Source: an uncultured cyanobacterium (GTDB taxonomy: Bacteria > Cyanobacteriota > Cyanobacteriia > Cyanobacteriales > Microcystaceae). From it: a stretch of 64,000 nt of DNA. Made by a program: the position numbers and the translations under genes. Position 1 is the first letter of the stretch. Each line of letters begins with the position of its first letter. The stretch spans positions 1 through 64,000 of the forward strand of contig CAWEDJ010000022.1 of the NCBI GenBank assembly GCA_963807635.1, written 5' to 3'. Of the stretch, positions 22,214-33,990 are shown piece by piece. The notes under the pieces are model-generated. The model did not search any database, was not told the origin of the DNA, and worked only from the letters and a program-made list of their open reading frames with translations.

Positions 22214-25200
22214 ATGACAGACAACACTTCCAAGCCTTCCCTCAATCCCTTCCTTGGTCAACCCTGGCTCGTCGAAGAACGCGATGCCTGTGGAGTTGGT
22301 TTTATTGCTGATGTCAAAGGTCAAACCAGTCACAAGCTCGTTCAACAAGCCCTCAAAGCCTTGGGATGCTTAGAACATCGGGGCGGTTGTAGTGCAGACA
22401 GCGATTCGGGCGATGGAGCGGGGATCATGACAGGGATTCCCAGGGAGCTTTTGGAACGCTGGTTTACTCAACGTGATCTAACCATGCCAGCAGTAGAACA
22501 ATTGGGGGTAGGCATGGTCTTTTTACCCCAGGAACCCAGTGCCAGGGAAGTGGCAAAAGGTTATGTCGAAGAAGTGATCAGAGCCGAACAGTTAACGGTA
22601 TTGGGCTGGCGAGAAGTCCCCGTTAAACCCGAAGTATTGGGCATCCAGGCCCGCAATAATCAACCCCACATGGAACAAATTTTGGTAACTTGTCCAACGG
22701 GTTGCTCAGGGGATGAATTGGATCGCCGTTTATATATTGCCCGTTCAACGGTGGGAAAAAAATTAGCCGATGATTTTTATATTTGTTCCTTTTCCTGCCG
22801 CACTATTGTTTATAAAGGCATGGTTCGCAGTGTAGTTTTGGGAGAATTTTATTTAGATCTCCAAAATCCTGCTTATCAGAGTAATTTTGCCGTATATCAC
22901 CGCCGTTTTAGCACCAACACCATGCCCAAATGGCCCCTTGCCCAACCCATGCGTTTATTGGGTCATAACGGTGAAATTAATACGCTTTTAGGCAATATCA
23001 ACTGGATGACTGCCAGGGAAAGAAATTTACGGGCAAAAGGTTGGACAAAGGAAGAATTACAATCCCTAACTCCGATTGTGAATAACGCTAATAGCGATTC
23101 TTACAATTTAGATAGTGTGATGGAAGTTTTAGTCAGAACGGGTCGTAGCCCCCTGGAAGCGGCCATGATTCTCGTGCCAGAAGCCTATCAAAATCAACCC
23201 GATCTCAAAGATCATCCTGAAATTGTTGACTTTTATGAATATTACAGTGGTTTCCAAGAACCCTGCGGACGGCCCCGCCTTATTAGTCTTTAGTGACGGA
23301 AAAACCGTTGGGGCTGGTTTAGACCGTAATGGCCTGCGTCCCGCTCGTTATAGCATCACCAAGGACGGTTATGTAGTCGTTTCCTCCGAAGCAGGAGTGG
23401 TAGATTTACCCGAAGCAGAAATTATTGAAAAAGGTCGTTTGGCTCCAGGTCAAATGATCGCCGTAGATTTACAAAATAAAGAAATTCTCAAAAACTGGGA
23501 AATTAAAGAGCGGATTGCTAAAAAAAATCCCTACGGCGAATGGATTGCCAGTCATCGTCAGGGGATTCGCTCGGAACTTTTTTCTGAAGAAACTTTGTTT
23601 GAGAATGCAGAGACAGTTTTACAACAACAAACGGCCTTTGGTTGCACCGCAGAAGATCTGGAAATGGTGATTATTTCGATGGCAACCCAGGGCAAAGAGC
23701 CGACTTTTTGTATGGGGGATGACACACCCCTGGCGATCCTCTCCAGTAAACCGCGATTGCTCTACGACTACTTTAAACAACGATTTGCTCAGGTAACGAA
23801 TCCTCCCATTGATCCTTTACGGGAAAGTCTGGTAATGTCTCTCAATATGTCTTTGGGAGAACGGGGTAAATTATTAGAACCCAAGCCTGAATCAGCAAAG
23901 TTATTACGCTTAGAGAGTCCCTTTCTCAATGAATTAGAGTTAGCGGAAGTTAAAGCTTCTGGGTTAGACTGCACTGAACTTTCAACGTTATTTGAGATAG
24001 AAACAGGCCCCGATGGATTAGAAAAAGCCTTGGCTAATTTGGTTCAAATGGCCACAGATGCGGTTAATTCTGGTGCAAAGATTTTGATTTTAAGCGATCG
24101 CCCTAACAATCAAACCCTAAGCGAAACTTCTAGTTTTATTCCGCCTCTTTTAGCAGTAGGAGCCGTCCATCATCACCTGATTCGGGAAGGATTACGTTTA
24201 CAAGCTTCTTTAGTTGTCGATACCGCCCAGTGTTGGAGTACCCATCATTTTGCTTGTTTGATTGGTTACGGTGCATCAGCGATTTGTCCCTATTTGGCCT
24301 TAGAATCCGTGCGTCAGTGGTGGCATGATCCCAGAACGCAGAACTTGATGGAAAATGGCAAAATTGATAAAATTGCCCTACCGAAAGCCCTAGTGAACTA
24401 CCGTAAATCAGTGGAAGCGGGTTTACTGAAAATTCTATCCAAAATGGGAATTTCTCTGTTGGCTTCCTATCACGGGGCGCAAATTTTTGAGGCGATCGGT
24501 CTAGGGCCTGAATTAGTGGAATTAGCCTTTGCAGGAACCACCAGTCGAGTCGGCGGCTTAAATCTATCAGAAGTTGCTCAAGAGGTGATGACCTTCCATG
24601 CCAAGGCTTTCCCTAGTTTGACGACGAAAAAACTGGAAAACTACGGTTTTGTGAATTACCGTCCGAGTGGGGAATATCACATGAATTCTCCCGCAATGTC
24701 CAAGGCTTTACATAAGGCTGTTCAGACGTTTCGATCCCCCCTAACCCCCCTTGATAAGGGGGGCAACGAAGAAGCTTATAACCACTATGAAGTTTATCGC
24801 AAGCATCTAGAAGGTCGTCCTGTAACTGCTTTGCGAGATTTATTAGACTTGAATTCTGACCGTGACTCCATTCCCCTGGAAGAAGTTGAATCTGTCGAAA
24901 ATATTGTTAAACGCTTTTGTACAGGCGGAATGTCCCTCGGTGCATTGTCCCGTGAAGCCCATGAAACTCTGGCGATCGCCATGAATCGATTGGGAGCCAA
25001 ATCCAACTCAGGGGAGGGGGAGAAGATCCTGTTCGTTATTTAACGCTGGATGATGTGGATAGCGAAGGAAATTCGGCAACATTGCCCCATTTAAAAGGAT
25101 TACGCAATGGAGACACGGCCAACTCTGCCATTAAACAAATCGCATCAGGACGCTTTGGGGTAACGCCTGAATATTTGATGAGTGGGCAACAGCTAGAAAT

Positions 25201-26869
25201 TAAGATGGCTCAAGGGGCAAAACCTGGGGAAGGGGGACAATTGCCTGGCCCGAAAGTGAGTTCCTATATTGCCATGTTGCGCCGTTCTAAAGCAGGAGTA
25301 ACCCTCATTTCTCCGCCTCCCCACCATGATATTTACTCCATTGAAGATTTAGCGCAATTAATCTTTGATTTACACCAGATTAATCCCGTTGCTCAAGTTT
25401 CCGTTAAACTCGTGGCTGAAATCGGCATCGGCACGATCGCGGCAGGAGTCGCCAAAGCTAACGCAGACATCATCCAAATTTCAGGCCATGACGGCGGAAC
25501 AGGAGCTTCACCCTTGAGTTCCATCAAACACGCGGGATCGCCTTGGGAATTGGGTGTTACCGAAGTTCATCGAGTGTTAGTGGAAAATCAACTCCGCGAT
25601 CGCGTTTTATTACGGGCTGATGGCGGTCTGAAAACGGGTTGGGATGTGTTGATGGCGGCCTTAATGGGAGCCGAGGAATTTGGCTTTGGTTCCGTTGCCA
25701 TGATCGCCGAAGGTTGCATTATGGCGCGGGTTTGCCATACCAATAATTGTCCCGTCGGGGTGGCGACTCAACAGGAACGGTTACGCGCTCGGTTTAGTGG
25801 CGTTCCTGAAAATGTGGTCAATTTCTTCTATTTCATCGCCCAGGAATTGCGATCGCTCCTCGCCCACCTCGGTTATCGCAGTTTAAATGATGTCATTGGC
25901 CGTGCCGATTTATTAAAGGTGCGATCGGGTATCAATTTGACCAAAACCCACGCGCTGAACCTAGATTGTCTGCTCAATCTGCCCAACGTCAAAGAACATC
26001 GAGCATGGCTAAATCATGAAAAAGTCCACAGTAATGGCCCCGTTTTAGATGATGAAATTCTAGCTGATATCGACATTCAAGAAGCCTTGACCCATCAAAC
26101 TCAGGTGTTCAAAAGCTATAAGTTGGTTAATACCGATCGCTCGGTGGGAACTCGTCTAGCAGGAGAAATTGCGAAACGCTACGGCAACAATGGTTTTGAA
26201 GGAGAAATTACCCTCAATTTCCAAGGTGCGGCGGGTCAAAGTTTTGGAGCTTTTAATATCAACGGTGTCACCCTCCATTTGCAAGGAGAAGCCAATGATT
26301 ATGTGGGTAAAGGCATGAACGGCGGCGAAATTGTCATTCTTCCCCCCAAAGATGCAGGATATGCCCCTGAAGATAACGTGATTATCGGTAATACCTGTCT
26401 CTATGGTTCAACGGGCGGTAAACTGTTTGCGAATGGTCAGGCGGGAGAGCGGTTTGCTGTGCGGAATTCTCTCGGTCAAGCGGTCATTGAAGGGGCAGGC
26501 GATCACTGTTGCGAATATATGACAGGCGGTGTCGTCGTTGTTCTCGGTAAAGTCGGGCGGAATGTGGGAGCAGGAATGACGGGGGGATTGGCTTATTTTC
26601 TGGATGAAGATAACAGTTTGCCCGAAAAAATCAATTCTGAAATCATCAAACTTCAACGGGTAATTGCGATCGCGGGTGAGGAGCAATTGAAGTCGTTAAT
26701 TGTGTCTCATGTTGAACATACGGGCAGTCCTAAAGGTAAGCGTATTTTAGCGAATTGGACTGACTATTTAGGTAAGTTCTGGCAAGCGGTTCCCCCTTCG
26801 GAAGCAAGTTCACCAGAGGCTAATCCTGATGCTATTTTAGCGGAGGAGAAAACTTTAGCCTCGGTTTAG
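22214..26869 (+). CDS. glsF: Ferredoxin-dependent glutamate synthase; frameshifts near 23265 and 25020
   Basis: [10 protein letters not shown]-terminal nucleophile, [48 protein letters not shown] (3Fe-4S) and GxGxG repeats across three ORFs; no gltD follows. Confidence 0.92.
24735..24763. repeat. Short palindromic dispersed repeat inserted in frame in glsF
   Basis: TCCCCCCTAACCCCCCTTGATAAGGGGGG (hairpin CCCCCCTT-GAT-AAGGGGGG), read as [10 protein letters not shown]. Confidence 0.7.
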
Positions 26870-26894
26870 TTGATTAGTTTGTTTACGAATATTT

Positions 26895-26922
26895 AAGGGA
26901 GGCTGTTTAGTCTTCCCTTTTT
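26895..26922 (+). terminator. Rho-independent terminator after glsF
   Basis: AAGGGAGGCT...AGTCTTCCCTT stem plus T-run. Confidence 0.55.
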
Positions 26923-27064
26923 ATTTTATGGTTGCTATAATGATTCACAATATCTATGATGCTGGCGCGTTGCATTTCGTCTCTCCCCTATACGGCTGGC
27001 AATTAGACTGTGTTCCTGGTTCAAATCATATTAAGTTCACAACACAGCGAGGAACTATTAAACA

Positions 27065-27559
27065 ATGAATATGTACTTAAGTAATGGCTTTGACAAATCG
27101 ATTAAAGAACTCTTTTTAAGGCTAGTTTCTTTAATCTGTATTGTATTGATGTTATGGGTGTCTCCATTGCCTGCATTAGCTGAAGAAACTATGCAGATAG
27201 AACAAAACGCTACTGGCAACATAATAAACCACTTTAATGAAGGCCCCTCAAAAGAGGCTCTAGTCGGCGCACTTGCTGGTACTGCGGCTGGTACTGCCGC
27301 TGGGGCTGTTGGCTCGATAGCTTTTGTCTCTGCGGCTGGTACTGCTGGACTTAGTGCAGCAGGTCTGACTTCTGGTTTGGCCGCACTAGGCACGATTGCG
27401 GGTGGTGGCATGGCCGCTGGACTTACTGTAGCCGCCGCCTTACCTGTTCTTGGGGCAGTTGCTGTCGGTGGTGCTACTTATGGTGCTGTCAGTTTAGTTC
27501 AAAGATTTTTTAACGAATCAAAAGATTCAAAACAAGAGAATAGTGAATCACAAAAGTAA
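27065..27559 (+). CDS. Glycine-zipper membrane/secreted protein
   Basis: Signal peptide ending PALA, then a long Gly/Ala hydrophobic stretch (AGLSAAGLTSGLAALG...GGGMAAG). Confidence 0.7.
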   Translation: MNMYLSNGFDKSIKELFLRLVSLICIVLMLWVSPLPALAEETMQIEQNATGNIINHFNEGPSKEALVGALAGTAAGTAAGAVGSIAFVSAAGTAGLSAAGLTSGLAALGTIAGGGMAAGLTVAAALPVLGAVAVGGATYGAVSLVQRFFNESKDSKQENSESQK

Positions 27560-27573
27560 ATAGGATTTTAAGT

Positions 27574-28035
27574 ATGTTTCTTTCTAAAACTCTCAGGATA
27601 TTTCTTATCTCTATTGTTGTTATAGTGACTTTTTTAATATATCCACAAACGTCTAGCGCATTAAGAATTGAGCATCTTGAGCAACATGCAAGAGGAAACA
27701 TTATAAACTGTACAAATACAAATATTTTTGGACAAAGTTCTTGTATCCAAGATGCATCAAGTAAAAGATCAGAGTCTGTAACTTTGATTCAACAAAAAGA
27801 AGGCTCAGGCCAGAGTTTAGATAAAAATCTAATTCCCCCTCATAAAGTCAATGCAGAAAACACCATAAAAACTGACAAGATAAACAGCTTACCTGTAGGA
27901 GTTGTTGGCTCATTGGCTGTAATTAGTGGAGTGACTCCTGTTTATTTCGTAACAAAAAGACTTTTTGAAAAAAAAGAAATAAAAGGATTAAAAGAAAGAA
28001 TTGAAGTGATAGAAACTATCGTTACCAAAGAATAG
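27574..28035 (+). CDS. Hypothetical secreted protein with C-terminal TM and coiled tail
   Basis: 153 aa; N-terminal hydrophobic signal; motif IEHLEQHARGNIIN is shared with the upstream ORF. Confidence 0.6.
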   Translation: MFLSKTLRIFLISIVVIVTFLIYPQTSSALRIEHLEQHARGNIINCTNTNIFGQSSCIQDASSKRSESVTLIQQKEGSGQSLDKNLIPPHKVNAENTIKTDKINSLPVGVVGSLAVISGVTPVYFVTKRLFEKKEIKGLKERIEVIETIVTKE

Positions 28036-28110
28036 ATTTGATTGCTTGGAACATATTCCTAATAAGCACGCTACTTTTTCTTACTTGAATAACTCTTTAA
28101 CCACATTAAA

Positions 28111-28458
28111 AAAATCATTGGAACCTCCTTTGAAGTCCATAAATTCCTCGGTAACGGCTTCCAAGAAGTCATCTATCAACGCGCCCTACAGTATGAAATG
28201 CACCAAGCAGGCTTAACTTTTCAGCGTGAAATAGAACAATCTATTTATTACAAAGACTTACCCCAACCCATTGGAACTCGTCGGGCAGATTTCGTCGTAG
28301 AAGATTAAGTATTAGTCGAGCTAAAAGCCGTTATCCAGTTAGAAGATGTCCATCTTGCCCAAGCATTAAACTACCTAAAAGTGTATAAATTAGAAGTCGG
28401 ATTATTGATCAACTTTGGCAGTAAAAGTCTAACCTTTAAACGATTAATTAGAACCTAG
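28111..28458 (+). pseudogene. GxxExxY PD-(D/E)XK protein, 5'-truncated, with internal stop at 28306
   Basis: Frame reads KIIGTSFEVHKFLGNGFQEVIYQRAL...RADFVVED*VLVELKA...QALNYLK...GLLINFG; no start codon. Confidence 0.85.
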
Positions 28459-28567
28459 AACGCGGATTAAGACAGATTTTAGGATTACATAGATTGCAGT
28501 TATAATTTTCAATCAACGTAATCAAAAAAAATCCGAGAAATCAGCGTAATCCATTCAATCCGTGTTC
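28458..28567. repeat. Hairpin element of ~9-bp (c)GGATT / AATC(c) units
   Basis: GAACGCGGATT (28458) pairs with AATCCGTGTTC (28557-28567); periodic GATT units on the left and AATC units on the right. Confidence 0.65.
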
Positions 28568-28763
28568 CTGGTGAATAAGTGGCGATCCTAAAATCGGGTG
28601 ATGAACCTTTATCCAGCCCCAAACCGATGATTGCAAATAGCGTAAATACTTCACAGCGATCGCTTAAAACATCAACATCGGTACAATGGCTTGATTCATC
28701 ATGGTAGTAAAACGTTGGCCAGATGGAATGCTAAATTAAGTAATCCTCTTACTGGAGTCTTGT

Positions 28764-30094
28764 ATGTCTGCTCTCATTGGCCCGAAAACTAATCCCCTTG
28801 TACAATTAATCCAATGGTTAAGAGATCCGTTGGACTATATGGAACGCAATAGTCAGGCTTTTGGGGACGTTTTTAAGAGCTATTTTACGGGAAAACCCTG
28901 TGTAATGGTAAGTAGTCCCCAGGGTTTGCAAGAAATTTTAACGACTCCCGCCTTTACTGCCCCAGGGACATTGAATGAAGTCGCTCGTCCTTTGTTGGGG
29001 CCTAATTCTTTGATCTTACTTAGCGATCCCGAACATAACAGTCGTCGCAAGTTATTAATGCCAACTTTTCATGGTGATCGCCTGTTTAGTTATGGACAAA
29101 TCATCCAAGAAATAACCGAAAAAGTTATAGAAAATTGGAAACTTGGCGATCCCTTTGATGTCCGCGAATCCATGCAGGAAATAACCCTAAGAGTCATTTT
29201 AAAAGCCGTATTTGGTCTCCAAGAAGGCGATCGCCTAGAGACATTAAAAAGAGCTTTAGTCAAACGATTTGAAATGACCGCAACAGGGTTAGGTTCAACC
29301 TTTATATTTTTGCCTTTTTTGCGAAAAGATTGGGGACAATGGAGTCCCTGGGTCGTATTATGTCTCAGCAAAGAAGTTGCGATGAATTGATCTATGCGGA
29401 AATCCGCGATCGGCGTGCCAATCCCGATCCTAACCGCATTGATATTTTAAACCTCTTATTAACCGCAACAGATGAAGCAGGAGAAAACCTGACCGATGAG
29501 GAATTGCGAGATGAATTGATGACGCTCCTCTTTGCTGGCCATGAAACAACGGCTACGGCATTAAGTTGGGCATTGTATCTCATTCATCAACACCCTGACG
29601 TATATCAAAAGTTGACGGAAGAATTAACCAGTCTTGGCTCTTCCCCTGATCCGATTACGATCTTTAAATTGCCCTATCTTACTGCGGTTTGTAATGAAAC
29701 CTTGCGACTCTATCCTGTGGGAATGCTGACTTTCTGCCGATTAGCGAAAGAACCCGTCTCTCTGCTGGGATACGACCTCGAAGCGGAATCCGTTGTCGTT
29801 GGCTCTATTTATCTCACCCATCGTCGTCCCGATATTTATCCCGAACCTGAACAGTTTAAACCCGATCGCTTTTTAAATCGTCAATTTTCTCCTTATGAAT
29901 TTATTCCTTTTGGGGCGGGAAGTCGTCGTTGTATCGGTGTTGCTCTGGCCCAATTTGAGATGAAGTTAGTATTGGCCACCGTCCTTTCTCAAGTGAAGTT
30001 ACAACACCACAGTCCGACCCGTCCCCTCAAACCCCAGCGTCGCGGAGCCTTACTAGCGATGGAATCGGGTTTTACAATGGTTAGAATGACTTGA
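28764..30094 (+). CDS. Cytochrome P450 (CYP110-like); frameshift near 29350
   Basis: FAGHETT I-helix, ETLR, FKPDRF and FGAGSRRCIG heme-ligand motif. Confidence 0.92.
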
Positions 30095-30135
30095 ATTTGA
30101 CTGCAATACAATGGAGGGTTTGAAAAATTGCTAAC

Positions 30136-31755
30136 TTAAACGCAAATCGCGCAGGTCACTAAACGCAAACCGTATTCAATGCCCTCCACAACCGCCTGAT
30201 AGGAGGCATCCAAAATATTGCCCGAAACGCCGATTGTCGTCCATCGTTCCTTCCCGTTACTGGATTCAACCAAGGTGCGGGTTTTAGCTGAAGTGCCAGA
30301 GCCACTATCCAAAATTCTCACCTTGTAATCCGTGAGATGAAAATCCGCAATTTGGGGATAAAAACGGACAAGAGCTTTTCGTAAAGCCCGATCCAAGGCA
30401 GAAACAGGGCCATTTCCTTCAGCGACCTCTAAAATATCTTCGTTATTGACTGTGACTTTAATCGTCGCGATCGCGTTGCTGTAGGGAAGGATCTCGGCCT
30501 GCAAGAGATTGCAATGCACCTGAAAACCCTTGATCAAAAAGAGGGGCTGACGTTTTCCCATTGCCTCGTGCATTAATAATTCAAAACTGGCCTCTGCCGC
30601 CTCAAACTGATAACCTTCCTGTTCTAAAATCTTTAATTTATCTAGAATTTGCCGACATGCAGGATCTTCTTTACTGAGCTTCAGCCCGTAGAGTTGAGCT
30701 TTCGAGAGAATATTACTCAAACCCGCCTGTTCTGACACCACAATACGCCGTTTATTGCCGATCGCTTCGGGTTGAATATGTTCATAGGTGAGGGGATTGC
30801 GTTGCACCGCAGAAACATGAATTCCCCCCTTATGGGCAAAGGCAGAACGACCAATAAAGGGCGCGTGGTCATCGGGCGCGAGATTGACAATTTCGCTGAT
30901 CAATCGACTTGTATCCGTCAATTGGGTTAATTTTTCGGGTTCTAGGCAATTATAGCCCATTTTTAGTTGTAAATTAGGGATGATTGTGCAGAGATTGGCA
31001 TTACCACACCGTTCTCCATAACCGTTGATCGTTCCCTGGATCATCCTGACCCCTTCTAACACCGCACTGAGGGAATTAGCCACCGCCGTTCCTCCGTCAT
31101 TGTGGGCATGAATCCCTAGTTGAATTTTGGGTAAAGTTTGATCTGTGTCCCATTCCTTGATGGTTTCCCCTACTTCTCGAACCGTTTGGCTAATTTCCTG
31201 GGGAAGGGTTCCGCCATTGGTATCACAAAAAACGAGCCATTCTGCCCCCGCTTCTTTTGCCGTTTTTAGGGTTAAAAGGGCATATTCGGGATTGTGTTTA
31301 TAACCATCAAACCAATGTTCCGCATCATAGATCACCCGTCGGCCCTGACTCCGTAGGTAGGCGATCGTATCCGAAATCATGGCTAAATTTTCTTCTAGGG
31401 TCGTTTTTAAGCCTTCAATGACGTGCAGATCCCAGGATTTCCCAAAAATCGTGACCCAACGAGTTCCTGCTGACAGAATTGCTTGAAGCATTCGGTCTTC
31501 TTCAGCTTTGCGATTAGGGCGACGAGTGGAACAAAAAGCCACCACTTCGGCTTGGGTGAGGGGTTGTTCCTGTAATTGCCAAAAAAATTGTACGTCCTTG
31601 GGATTCGCGCCTGGCCAACCCCCTTCAATAAAAGGAATTCCCATTTGGTCGAGTTTGCGGGCAATTTTTAATTTGTCTTCCAAGGACAGGGATATGCCTT
31701 CGCGTTGTGCGCCATCTCGGAGGGTAGTGTCATACAGCCAAATGGGGTTGGTCAT
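30136..31755 (-). CDS. cimA: Citramalate synthase (LeuA/CimA family)
   Basis: DTTLRDGAQ, EGGWPGANPKD, FGKSWDLH, DAEHWFDG, HAHND and GERCGN. Confidence 0.85.
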   Translation of the reverse strand: MTNPIWLYDTTLRDGAQREGISLSLEDKLKIARKLDQMGIPFIEGGWPGANPKDVQFFWQLQEQPLTQAEVVAFCSTRRPNRKAEEDRMLQAILSAGTRWVTIFGKSWDLHVIEGLKTTLEENLAMISDTIAYLRSQGRRVIYDAEHWFDGYKHNPEYALLTLKTAKEAGAEWLVFCDTNGGTLPQEISQTVREVGETIKEWDTDQTLPKIQLGIHAHNDGGTAVANSLSAVLEGVRMIQGTINGYGERCGNANLCTIIPNLQLKMGYNCLEPEKLTQLTDTSRLISEIVNLAPDDHAPFIGRSAFAHKGGIHVSAVQRNPLTYEHIQPEAIGNKRRIVVSEQAGLSNILSKAQLYGLKLSKEDPACRQILDKLKILEQEGYQFEAAEASFELLMHEAMGKRQPLFLIKGFQVHCNLLQAEILPYSNAIATIKVTVNNEDILEVAEGNGPVSALDRALRKALVRFYPQIADFHLTDYKVRILDSGSGTSAKTRTLVESSNGKERWTTIGVSGNILDASYQAVVEGIEYGLRLVTCAICV

Positions 31756-31889
31756 GGAGGTGTAAGGTTACGTTTAAATTGCGCTTAAATTGCGTTGAGA
31801 TAAAATTTTCAGCGATTCGGTTAGCGTTCGATTTTTGCTAATGCAGACTTAAAACCGCGCCTAAATTGAAACCCTTAGTTTTGAAGCTC

Positions 31890-31973
31890 GCCCCCTAAAT
31901 CCCCCAATTCTGGGGGACTTTGAACTCAGAAAGGTTATAAACTCTCCCCCCAAAGTTGGGGGGCTGGGGGGGC
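31890..31973. repeat. Paired C-rich/G-rich palindromic intergenic repeat
   Basis: CCCCCTAAATCCCCCAATTCTGGGGGACTTT...CCCCCCAAAGTTGGGGGGCTGGGGGGG; a second copy lies at 63443-63511. Confidence 0.75.
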
Positions 31974-32084
31974 AAAAAACTTTAGTTCTCAAACTAGAGG
32001 GGGTTTAGGATGGATTTTTTAATCGCGATCGCCATTTTTAGGATAATCTAAAACACTGGAATTATTCGTAATCTTTGATGCGAT

Positions 32085-33792
32085 TTAACCTAAATGATCC
32101 CGACTCTCAAAGGCCGCGATCGCTTCGTGAATAGTGAGATAAATATGGTCAGGCCCAAGGCGATCAACTAAGCCTGATTTTCTTAATTGGGCATAGAGTT
32201 CCTGCTTTACCTTAGCTAAACCGAAAATAATCCCTTTTTTTGCTAATTCTTGACGTAATTCTTCCAAGATATCGGCGGCAGTAATATCAATTTCAATAAT
32301 GGCTTCTGTGTTCAAAATAAACCACTGGACAGGATCGGTTTCTGAGGCGATCGCCTGTAAAGCCCGATTTTTAAAATTTTCGGCATTCGCAAAAAATAAA
32401 GGGGCATCGTAACGATAAAGCACTAGACCAGGAATCGTTTTTGCATTTTGCCAATCATTAATGGTATGAAATCCAGGCAGATTCGGCACTTCTCCCAAAA
32501 CTCCCGCGTGGGGACGGGCAACACGGGCAAAAAGCTCCATTCCCGACAAAGCCACCGCGATCGCAACTCCTCGTAAAATATCTGTCCCCAATACGCCAAC
32601 GGTGGTAATGATCGCCAACATAAACTCACTACGCTTAAAAGATTGCAACCGCCGAAATTCCGACAGTCGAATGAGCTTCAATGCCGCATAAATGACGATC
32701 GCCCCCAAAGCCGCCTTGGGAAAAAGAGCCAATAAGGGCCGCAGAAATAACAACACTAAAACGACACAGAAGCCTGCAACTAAGGAATAAACCTGGGTTT
32801 TACTGCCCAACGAATCGGCGATCGCGGTGCGGCTCCCACTACTACTGACGGGAAAACCCTGCAAAAAACCTGTTCCTAAATTGCAAAATCCCAAGGCCAG
32901 CAACTCCTGATTCGCATTAATTTTATGACTATGATTGATTGCAAAGGCTCGTCCCGTTAGCACATTATCGGAATAACCTACGATCGCAATCCCTAAGGCG
33001 GACCCTCAGCAACGAAGTAATATTTTTAAACGTTATTCCCTGAAAGCTCACAAAATCAGGTAATCCTGAAGGAATTTCTCCCACAATCACTACTCCATAG
33101 CGTTCCAAATGGAAAATCGCTACCATCATCGTCGCGAGTAATACGGCCAAGAGGGGAGCAGGAGCATTGGGAAAATAGTGTTGGACTAGTAATAAAAAGG
33201 TTAAAACCCCGATTCCCATGCCAAACGTTAGCCAGTGAATGTGATCAAAACCGTAAAAAAATCCCTGAAATTCTCCTAAAACGGTTTCTGATTCAATCTT
33301 GATGCCGCTAATTTTGTCTAGCTGTCCTGAAATCATAATAATGGCGACTCCCGCCATATAACCCACCAGGATCGGTTTCGAGAGTAAATCTGCCAAAAAG
33401 CCTAATCTTGCCCAGTAGCCAATGAGACAAATAACCCCGACTAAAACTGCCAATAAACTGGTGTAGAGCGGATAACTGGCATTACTACGGGCCACTAAAG
33501 GCGCGATCGCAACGGCGGTCATTACAGCAGTCGTAGATTCAGGGCCGACAGAAAGTTGAAGAGACGACCCAAAAAGAGCATAAATCAGCATAGAGGGTAA
33601 AATTCCCCACAAACCCGCTACAGGCTGAACTCCTGCTAATTCTCCATAGGCCATACATTGGGGGATGAGATAGGCCGCAACGGTTATTCCTGCTAATCCA
33701 TCATTGCGTAACCAAGCGGATTGATAGGCTCGTAAAGGATGAATACCAGGCAAAAAAGAAGTTAAATACGTTAAAAAAGGTTTTATTTTCAC
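32085..33792 (-). CDS. SulP-family anion transporter with STAS domain; frameshift near 33005
   Basis: AGITVA..IPQ.MAY..LAG, GP motif, NQELLALG..N, GFPVSSSGSRT and LFFANA STAS region. Confidence 0.9.
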
Positions 33793-33834
33793 GGATAGAA
33801 TAAATCGAATTAGTTTATAACAAAAAACAAAATG

Positions 33835-33915
33835 GTAGGGACATAATATATTGTGTCATTAAATGTTTTGTGATGAAAAACAGTTGAAAAAAGGGCGAAC
33901 GCAATTCGCCCCTAC
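33835..33915. repeat. GTAG-type REP-like doublet
   Basis: GTAGGGACATAATATATTGTGTC and AGGGCGAACGCAATTCGCCCCTAC hairpins in inverted arrangement. Confidence 0.6.
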
Positions 33916-33990
33916 GAATATTTTGTGAAATGCTGACTCCGCAAATAACAATTTTAGTTATTTATCTAAATGCCCATTATTTTAAAATTT

